A stretch of DNA of 64,000 nt from Yuukianura sp. NJ FZ-2021 (taxonomy: Eukaryota): NCBI GenBank assembly GCA_046563655.1, contig CM102284.1:6696001-6760000 (forward strand), in the 5' to 3' direction. Below are positions 30,001 to 38,747 of this stretch, piece by piece. The notes beneath the pieces are model-generated. The model worked only from the letters and a program-made list of their open reading frames with translations. It was not told where the DNA came from and did not search any database. How positions within the stretch are numbered: position 1 is the first letter of the stretch; the number at the start of each line of letters is the position of its first letter. The position numbers were made by a program, and so were the translations under genes.

Positions 30001-31473
30001 TTTCCAATGGAAAATCTTTTTTCCAATGGAAAATCTATTTTCCAATGGAAAATCTTTTTTCCAACGGAAATCTTTTTTCCAATGGAAAATCTATTTTCCA
30101 ATGGAAAATTTTCTTTCCAATGGAAAATCTTTTTTCCAATGGAAAATCTATTTTCCAATGGAAAATCTATTTTCCAATGGAAAATCTATTTTCCAATGGA
30201 AAATCTATTTTCCAATGGAAAATCTTTTTTCCAATGGAAAATCTTTTTTCCAATGGAAAATCTTTTTTCCAATGGAAAATCTTTTTTCCAATGGAAAATC
30301 TTTTTTCCAATGGAAAATCTATTTTCCAATGGAAAATCTATTTTCCTATGGAAAATCTATTTTCCAATGGAAAATTTTTTTTCCAATGGAAAATCTTTTT
30401 TCCAATGGAAATCTTTTTTCCAATGGAAAATCTATTTTCCAATGGAAAATTTTCTTTCCAATGGAAAATTTTTTTTCCAATGGAAAATCTATTTTCCAAT
30501 GGAAAATCTATTTTCCAATGGAAAATCTATTTTCCAATGGAAAATCTATTTTCCAGTGGAAAATCTATTTTCCAATGGAAAATTTTCTTTCCAATGGAAA
30601 ATGGAAAATCTTTTTTCCAATGGAAAATCTTTTTTCCAATGGAAAATCTTTTTTCCAATGGAAAATCTTTTTTCCAATGGAAAATCTTTTTTCCAATGGA
30701 AAATCTTTTTTCCAATGGAAAATCTTTTTCCAATGGAAAATCTATTTTCCAATGGAAAATCTATTTTCCTATGGAAAATCTATTTTCCAATGGAAAATTT
30801 TTTTTCCAATGGAAAATCTTTTTTCCAATGGAAATCTTTTTTCCAATGGAAAATCTATTTTCCAATGGAAAATTTTCTTTCCAATGGAAAATTTTTTTTC
30901 CAATGGAAAATCTATTTTCCAATGGAAAATTTATTTTCCAATGGAAAATCTTTTTTCCAATGGAAAATCTTTTTTCCAATGGAAAATCTTTTTTCCAATG
31001 GAAAATCTATTTTCCAATGGAAAATCTTTTTTCCAATGGAAAATTTTCTTTCCAATGGAAAATGGAAAATCTTTTTTCCAATGGAAAATCTTTTTTCCAA
31101 TGGAAAATCTTTTTTCCAATGGAAAATCTTTTTTCCAATGGAAATCTTTTTTCCAATGGAAAATCTATTTTCCAATGGAAAATCTATTTTCCTATGGAAA
31201 ATCTATTTTCCAATGGAAAATCTATTTTCCAATGGAAAATTTTCTTTCCAATGGAAAATGGAAAATCTTTTTCCAATGGAAAATCTTTTTTCCAATGGAA
31301 AATCTTTTTTCCAATGGAAAATCTTTTTTCCAATGGAAATCTTTTTTCCAATGGAAAATCTTTTTTCCAATGGAAAATCTATTTTCCAATGGAAAATCTA
31401 TTTTCCTATGGAAAATCTATCTTCCAATGGAAAATGCATTTTTTAATGGAAAATCTTTTTTCCAATGGAAAAT
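1..31473. repeat. 19-bp tandem satellite array (consensus TTTTCCAATGGAAAATCTA), about 1,650 units, running off the window start
   Basis: Directly visible. The core TTTTCCAATGGAAAA is nearly invariant. The 4-nt spacer varies (TCTA, TCTT, TTTA, TTTC, TCCT), with 18-bp deletion variants and ATGGAAA slippage duplications. The array ends abruptly at ...ccaatggaaaat|tacgagg. Confidence 0.99.
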
Positions 31474-31474
31474 T

Positions 31475-31586
31475 ACGAGGTGCTCTTTTCGACGAGGTGC
31501 TCTTTTTTACGAGGTGCTCTTTTTGACGAGGTGCTCTTTTTTTCCAGGTGCTCTTTTTGATGAGGTGCTCTTTTTGACGAGCACTT
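31475..31586. repeat. 17-bp tandem repeat (GACGAGGTGCTCTTTTT) x about 6, ending in a GTGCTC...GAGCAC hairpin
   Basis: Six copies of (g)acgaggtgctcttttt directly follow the last satellite unit. The final copy is followed by the inverted GAGCAC. Confidence 0.93.
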
Positions 31587-31822
31587 AAAAGTAATTAACT
31601 TCTTACAAAACCACTTACGCACTTTCATTTCTTAAGTTTCGGGTCGGAACATTCCAATTAATTGCTTAATTAGCTTAATTAATCAAATTAAATTAAGTAA
31701 ACCCAAACCCAGCCAGAACAAAGTTCTCCCCTTCACTTCAATTGTTACGTTTTTTCAAAATGAACAAAGGATCTAATTTCAGCAATTTTTCAAATTCAAA
31801 AATTTCCCGCTACTACATAAAG

Positions 31823-32015
31823 AGTGACGTCAGGAGTCAGTAAGTGACGTCACAAAAGAAAATTGAAAAAGAGGGGAACCTTTTTAATTCGCATAATTTC
31901 CGCATAGCATCCGGCCAAAATCGACGGTCCACTTTTTGGACAGCAGACTGCACGACACGCAAAAATCAACACACATCACACTGTGACGTTGTAGCATCCG
32001 ACACTCACTGTTGTC
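31823..32015 (+). repeat. Dispersed repeat of about 190 bp, copy 1, with two TGACGTCA palindromes
   Basis: Aligns by eye with 37998-38191. Shared blocks include cgcatagcatcc, ggtccactttttgga, ctgcacgacacgcaaaaatcaacac and cactcactgttgtc. Confidence 0.85.
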
Positions 32016-32106
32016 AATTTTTCTCCTCTGTTATGTCTTATGTCTTACTTGGCGTACAACTTATTCAGAAATTTTGAAAACAATGGACAAGGCTATATGA
32101 CTATAT

Positions 32107-32559
32107 TTTTTTTTTTTGGAGAGTTAATTGACATTAGCATTGAGTTTTATCAACAGGGGTAGGGAATTTCTGGGTTGGGTTGAGGTCCTATGGGATGGGG
32201 CGGTGTCAGATAGTTGGCGAGAAGTTCTGAGGGAAGGACGAAAGGCTTTCTGCTAGAGCTGAACGGGCTAGGGCCCTACCACATATCACAGCTCCAGGCA
32301 AATGACAGGAACAGCATCGTACGCATACCGGCCCACGACCCCCCTCCACAACAGCAACTACTGACCTCTTCACACGCACCCATAACCTCCCAAACTGACC
32401 TATCATCCGAACACCCCATCTGGGCTAGGAAAGTGGAAAAACCATTTCTGGAAAACGACTTTCGTGTCGGCGACGCCGGGACTCGAACCCGCGCCCGTCC
32501 AAGGTGTTAGTAGGATAGAGCCGGAGCTCTAGTCCCCCCGGCTTACAGGCCTTGGACTT
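32107..32559 (-). mobile_element. tRNA-derived SINE with poly(A) tail and 13-bp target-site duplication
   Basis: TATATGACTATAT flanks both sides (32094-32106 and 32560-32572). Poly-T at the left end is poly(A) on the - strand. A B-box GGTTCGAGTCC (32479-32489, -) lies in a T-arm-like hairpin CGGG-TTCGAGT-CCCG near the 5' end. The element is GC-rich relative to its flanks. Confidence 0.85.
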
Positions 32560-32827
32560 TATATGACTATATGAATTTTGATTTTTTTTAATTGAATGTT
32601 AAAGAAATGTTGAAGTTCATTTGTTGTAATTATGAAACAATGTTTTGCAATTTGCGTCGAACAACGGAGTTCTACAAGGCACTAAATAAGAGAAAAACAG
32701 TTATGGTCATGCAATAAGTTTTGTTCTTTGGTTATTTTTGGAAAATGAGGTTATGTTTATTTTGAATTTTGAAAGCGGAAGAGTTCGGGTTTTGTGTTTG
32801 TTGGAAATTCTAAGTTTCACAGTAAGC

Positions 32828-33565
32828 ATGTCCCTCTGGATCGCAATTTGGATTTGTTTAGGTGAGAGCATTAAGTGAAAGCTAAATTGGAATTTTGAAA
32901 AGATTTAATTTTTAAAAATATTTTTAGTATTTGAAATAAGTGCTGCCAGAATCCTCACCAGTACTGGCAATAGCAATTCAAACACTGAAATACTTCTGCT
33001 ACGAAACAGTCAAGAGCGAAAGGACATTCCAAAACCATTGGCTTCAGCATCAGATCTTCCGCCCACTATCGTCAACATTCCAGTTCCAGGAAAACCGGAG
33101 CTACAGGTCAAACCACCCGTGACCTTTGAAATTGAAAAACCCGGGAAACCGGAAGTGGAGTTCGTGGCGGTACCGGATATCCAATTGGAGCTGACGCCTG
33201 TATCCAAGCCAATTCCGATTCCATCTCCCCCCCAAGTGGAAATTACGCAAGGTCAAGCGCCTTTGTTTCAAGTTCCACTGCTTCCGCAAATTTCTTTCGC
33301 AAATCCTTTCGGTGACCTCTTTGGAAATTTTAAACCACTGGAATGGAAACCGCTGGAATGGAAACCGTGGAAACCCCTCACTGGATTAAGTTTGGCCTGG
33401 TCAGATGAACCACCAAAGCCGTTGTACGCCAAAATCAAAGACTTTTTCAAAAATGTCTGTGGAAAGGTCACAGAGGTCGCACCGGAGTTGGCTCAATACT
33501 TCCCAACAGTACGACTTTTCAAGCCAAAGCTGATCTGGCCATTGGTGTACTCAAAGTCCTTATGA
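32828..33565 (+). CDS. Secreted proline-rich protein of unknown family (223 aa, 2 exons)
   Basis: Exon 1 is 32828-32861 (MSLWIAIWICL, then G|gtgaga). Exon 2 is 32928-33565 (ttttag|TA), in frame with ORF 33038-33565. Splicing yields a signal peptide MSLWIAIWICLVFEISA. Internal repeats are PGKPE x2 and KPLEW x2. AATAAA lies at about 33681. Confidence 0.75.
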
Positions 33566-33867
33566 TGGATTCGCCATTTTAGTTATGAAAGTTGATTTAA
33601 ATTATTTACGTTTTACATATTCTTTTATTATATATTTTTACATAACATTTTGTGTTTTGTTTGGATTGGAACAGTCAAGAAATAAAAGTTAGTGAAAGCA
33701 TTTCAACTTACAAAAGTATGAAAATATTGACAGTTTTTACGAAACTTGTCAAACTAAATAGTTACAGTCCACTGCAACCTGTGCTCGAAACCTTTTAAAT
33801 TTTTACCGGTATTCCAATGTACTCAGACCAAGAAATAAACTAACAGTTAATTAAACATTTGAATTAG

Positions 33868-36800
33868 TTAAACAACAATTAAGTTGAAGATCATCAATGT
33901 CAAGGTCATGGAAAACGCAAAGTTGAGTTGTGCAGCTCCGTCGAATGAAAAGATCTGAATCCGGGATTCTTCCTGTTTGTACGGGTCACTTCCATCGTCG
34001 AAATGCATCGGACATTGGTCACCTTGAGTTAAATTAAACTAATTGATGAATAGTTCATTTAAAAACCTTTGTTAAATTTCTCACGTTCTCGTTCATATTC
34101 CTCCATGACAATTGCCACAGCAGCGGCGTGTGTGTGGTTGTAACTGTCGACGTCTTGCTTGAGGTCACAGAATGGTCCAACTGACAGGGACATTAGGACC
34201 CTGGTCAAATCTGACCTCTGGTACACCCAGCAACGGTAGCGACTAAAGGCATCCAATTCATCATAAGTGATCAAGTACGATTTGAGATTCTCCTTCCAGT
34301 AGCCTATGCATTTCATCTTGTAGTCAGGGTCACCTGAAGGTCAAAGGTCAACTTTTAATTTGTCCTCAAAATATACCAAAACAGAAAAAGAAATAGAAAT
34401 GAAAGCAGAGGAGGATTAGTTGTCCGCAAGCAATTTCCGTACCATACAAGACCAATGTAACCAAAAAACATAATTAAATATACTTTAAATTAATCTAACT
34501 AGAAAAAAAATTGATTAAAACCAAAAAATTGTAGCATTTTGTTCAAAATGCCCGAAATTGCATTAGTGCCAGCACCCAAAACAAAAAGTGCTGTGAATTC
34601 CAACCCGGAATTGACCCGGCACCACAAAAACCCGGTGATTGACCTTTGACCTACTGTAAATGTCAACTGGGCGTCCCAAGTAGTCGACACTGAGGCAGTA
34701 GTCAGCATCAATTTGGATTTCCTTCTGGTCCTTGTCACAGGCCGAGAAGTCGGAAATGTTCGTTTTGCAGTAGACGCCAGGACGTGGTGACTGCGTCACT
34801 CCGCCCAAAATACGCGTTTCAAATTTGACCTCCCCCTTTTGCGTAAAATTAAATTTTCCAGCCACAGGGCAGCGGATCGGTACTGGATTCTTGCCTGCGA
34901 CAATTATTCAGTTCAATCAGTTTCTAATTTTAAAACTAATTGTAAAAATTACAGTCAAAACTCTTAAATTTATCGACGACAATGTGCCAAGTTGCCACTT
35001 TGCCACCAACGTTGCCATCAGGCTTGCAACCAGTGTTGCCACTGGAAACCTGGGAAATATAGCTAGGTTGAACTCCGTATAAAATAAAATTCCAGTAAAC
35101 GTATGCAAAATTTCCAACAATTTGATGTATACGGCCATACGGCGTTGAAGACATGCAAGTTGATTAGTTACTGGAAACGCTAAAAATGTTAACATTTTAG
35201 TAAAAGAGGCCAAGAATTGAAATTTCGAAATTTTGAAATTTTGAAAATTGCTAGAAAATAGACAGTTCTTGGGAAGTTGTTTGTGGTTACTGTAAATGTC
35301 GAGGTTTCTTCCTAAATAATCCTGGCAAATGTTTTCTTCTACATCGATCACAAAGTCCTTCCGATCTGCATCGCAGATTCGAATTGATGAAATGTTCAAT
35401 TTGCAATTGAGTTGTGGCCTGGGAGAGTCCGTGACCCCGTTAAGTATCCTCGTTTCAAAGGGAATGGACGCCTTTTGCGTAAAATTGTAGTAACCACTGA
35501 TTGGACAGGGCAAAAACTGCGGATGTTTGGCTAAATTCATAATTTCAACTTTTCCAAATTAGGAGATTTCAAAATGGTCCAGAATTTTTAGAACTTTGGA
35601 AATGTGAAAGATTGACTTGAAGAATCTTGGAAGGTAAAATATGACAGGGATTTGAAAATTGAACCGAATAGTTTGGCTAATGTATTATGGTAAATTTTGA
35701 AGTTTAAAAGTTTGAAAATTGTAAAGGTCAAAAGGTCAACTTTACCGAGCAAGAGGTCGTACTTCCATTCGTCCTTATTTGGAAATTGAACCCAAGAGCA
35801 TACAGTAGAAAAGTCATCTTTGATCATAGCCAGTCCTTTTCGAAATCGAATGATATTTTGATGTCTCGGAACGAAATCGAAACAAATGTAGTCTTTTTGG
35901 CTGAAAATTTAGCAAAGAAAGTAAATTATGCTTCAAATTTTCAAAATTTTGAAACTTTCAATTTCAAGAAACTATTCTAAAAAGTCTACCATCCATCAAC
36001 AGTGAGGCGTGCCATCAAGTAGCGTGATCCTCTTGTTTCTCTACAAACGTATACTGTTTTTCTCCAGCGTCCTTCATCTGGATACCAAGTTTCCGTAATG
36101 TGAGTAGAATTAATTTCAACATCAGCATCCAAATTGGCAGTATTCACCCATTCTCCGGAAAAACTTTCTGGAAGTTTACATCCTGGAGTGACCACTTCAG
36201 CTTTCACTGAAAATCAAAAACATTGGAATCGTGACGACTAGATTTTTTCAAAATTCTAAAATTTTCCAAAAACTTAAAAATCTTCAAATTTTTCTAGGAT
36301 TTCCAGCATACCTGGTGTAATTCGTAACCTCTCCGGGGCAGACTCTGTTCCTTTGAGTGTATTGCATTCAGCGGTAATTGACGCAGCGATGAACAGGTCA
36401 TCGTCACGATTTCTCAGAAAACAGCGATATTTTTCATCCCGTCGAGATTCTTTCGTATTTGCAACTGCAAAGAAATGATTCTTTCCAACAAACCAAGCGC
36501 CGAGACAGGAGTACTCCACACCTTGAAGCAAAATCAAAGTTTTTTCTTGAAAATTTTGAAATTTTGATGTGAAATTTTTGAAATTTGATTTTCTTACTTG
36601 CATCAAACGTTCCAGTCATGCCCTCACAGAGACGATAAGTGATGTTAAACTTATTATTTGTAATAAGAAATTGTGTTCCAGGAGTTTGACACGACTGGAT
36701 GTAAGCATCCGGATGATTACATTCTCCAGTAAATCTGAACCGATTTTGGTAAGCAAATTGCCAAACTCCTTCCAAACTTGATCGACAGTTGATTGGATTG

Positions 36801-37381
36801 TAAGTTTCAGCAAAGAAAGTAATCAGATTCTGATTAGGATCCAGACTTGAGCAAACTTCATCCACAGTTGGAGGATGGAATCGATTTGGAAAGTTGATGC
36901 ACCCCGCTACAGAAAAAAAAAGTCTAAATTGAATTTTTAAAAAAACTTGAATTAAAATTTGATCTTACTTTCAATTTTTTCGAGAATGTTGATTGTGCGC
37001 ACAATGATTCGGACGCAGTGGTAGCATTTGTCTTGTTCAAAGATGAAAGTATAGTTGACAAGATACTCTTCCCTTTTGGCAATGCATCTTCCACGACCTG
37101 ACATTGTGTCAGCAGTGAACCGGGTAACAGTGTCTATGTTATTCTCTCGAGAGTACCACGCTCCGCGGATCTTCGTTGGAATGTCACATGACATGAACAG
37201 CTCAAAAGAGACTAGAATGCCAAAATTACCAAGGTCAAAGGTCAAATCCAATATTTAAATCTAACCCCCAATAAGCGTAATCTGCCTGGTTTAAATTACT
37301 GCAACCAGTTGAAAAGCACTTACGAAAGATGATACACAGTTGGAAAATGACACTTTTGGTGCTGAAATTCCAGTGATTCAT
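33868..37381 (-). CDS. Cys-rich, probably GPI-anchored cell-surface protein (resembles DUF7042/DUF7043-type uncharacterised invertebrate proteins)
   Basis: Exons with phase-consistent GT-AG sites: 37324-37381, 36969-37211, 36598-36906, 36312-36521, 35990-36206, 35746-35900, then 35291-35530 and/or 34655-34894, then 34085-34333 and 33868-34022. There is an N-terminal hydrophobic signal and repeated Cys-spaced modules (CDIPTKIRGAW, CKLPESFSGEW, CLGAWF, CIGYWKEN, YRCWVY). The C-terminus DGAAQ plus hydrophobic tail resembles a GPI signal. The family name is from memory, not a search. Confidence 0.85.
34655..34894 (-). CDS. Duplicated exon 7B (240 nt, phase 1/1)
   Basis: tcgcag|GCAAGAAT ... TACA|gtaggt. 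Encodes KNPVPIRCPVAGKFNFTQKG...GRPVDIY. Confidence 0.85.
35291..35530 (-). CDS. Duplicated exon 7A (240 nt, phase 1/1), candidate alternative exon
   Basis: atttag|CCAAACAT ... TACA|gtaacc. Its 80 aa align without gaps to exon 7B. Confidence 0.75.
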
Positions 37382-37997
37382 GATTAGAAATCGAACAACT
37401 CTTAGCGTAGCGTAGTAGTGGTAAAGTTGGAACGTCTACGTGAATGTTGCATGAACACAAATTAAAGAAAACGGGTTCGGGTCAAAGGTCGCCGTCTCAC
37501 TTTAACTTCAAATTCTTAATATTCATCTTAGCTTATAGAAAACCCGTACTGAAAATTTCGTCTTTGAACGATAACCTGTAATTACAGGAATTTAAAATTG
37601 ACCAAGACTTTAAAGCTATGTCCAGAAATATCATGAGCACAGGTGAATTCTTTTGTGAATCATTCTGCACTAACAGTAAGGTGTTTTTTTTACCACACCT
37701 TGGTTGCAGATAGCAATTGGAACCATATAGACTAGGCTTCATGAACGAAACAACCCTACTACAACCTGTATTGTTGTTCATTTTTTGCCTAGATACAAAA
37801 GTCGCGTAATGTTTAGAATGCTTCTTGTCTTATTAGTAGAAGACCTAGTATTAAACCTTAGTAGAAGACAAGCATTATTACGCTTCAAAATTAATTTCAG
37901 AAAAACTAAAAAAACTAGACGCCACTTGAAAAATAATCATTTTCTTCTTTGGTAAAGGAAATGGGAATGCCGTAGTGTGGGAATGCGAGATAAGATA

Positions 37998-38191
37998 AGT
38001 GACGTCACAAAGTAAACGTGAGCGACGTCACAAAACAGTGAAAAACGGCGTGAACCTTTTTGTTCCGCATAATATCCGCATAGCATCCAGCCAAAATTGA
38101 GGGTCCACTTTTTGGATAGCAGTCTGCACGACACGCAAAAATCAACACTAATCACACTCTGACTTTGTAGCAACCGCCACTCACTGTTGTC
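37998..38191 (+). repeat. Dispersed repeat of about 190 bp, copy 2
   Basis: Direct-orientation copy of 31823-32015, with TGACGTCA at 38000 and CGACGTCA at 38023. Confidence 0.85.
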
Positions 38192-38486
38192 CAACTTTCA
38201 ATTTAAATAGCTTTTAAGCGGCGTACTAGCAATGAAAACTAATAAAACACTTTAACATCTCTTCTACGTGTCAAAGGGCAAAAAGCGTGACTTTTTAGCA
38301 AAAGACACTCACTGTTTCCCACGCTCCGTAAAGCTTTTAGTATTACATGACTCGGCACCAATACATATTATAAGATTATTAATGTTATTAAAATTTACTA
38401 AAATAAATGAAAGTATTAAAATTTAATTATTAAAATTAGTTTTTTTTTATAAAAATTTATTGTTGTTGACATTTCGACGTTTACAT

Positions 38487-38747
38487 ATACCCATGCGGTC
38501 ATTGGTGGGAGTTAACTAATGGCACTACTAAAATAATTAATAAAATAGTGAGGCTCTGACGGCGGACATTTCCATCTAGTCGTTGGTGGGGGTTAATTAA
38601 TGGAGCTATTAGGACTACCTAGGAATACGGCTTTCTATCCTATATTATTACATATAAATTATATTAATATTATCCTATATAAATGGAGGCCGAAGTTGTG
38701 AAGTTTCTGGCGTGCGATATACCCATCTGGTCATTGGTGGGCGTTAA
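38487..38747. repeat. Three dispersed copies of a roughly 30-bp motif CCAT(C/G)(T/C)(G/A)GTC(A/G)TTGGTGGG(N)GTTAA
   Basis: Copies at about 38491, 38572 and 38723. Confidence 0.7.

Noticed and set aside
1-31473. CRISPR-like palindromic repeat array
   Set aside because: There are no unique spacers (only 3-4 low-complexity nt between cores) and no cas genes, and the context is intron-containing eukaryotic DNA.
13-31588. Giant + strand ORFs (up to 5859 aa) of MENLFSNGKSIFQWKIYFP repeats
   Set aside because: The 19-bp unit has no stop codon on the + strand, so all three frames stay open and give the same peptide. Frequent 1-bp indels shift frames freely, which is inconsistent with coding constraint.
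32225-32252. Hammerhead-ribozyme-like CTGAGGGA...GGACGAAA in the SINE
   Set aside because: The core does not match CUGANGA, stem II cannot form, and it lies antisense to the SINE transcript.
32460-32559. Functional tRNA gene
   Set aside because: Only the T-arm/B-box is convincing and I could not build a cloverleaf. The TSD and A-tail indicate a SINE.
36598-36601. Non-canonical donor after ...TFD in the Cys-rich gene
   Set aside because: A canonical phase-1 donor GCAA|GTAAGA three nt further on gives an in-frame join.
37803-37883. Imperfect inverted repeat GCGTAAT...ATTACGC
   Set aside because: Too short and gapped, with no TSD, to call a MITE or pre-miRNA.
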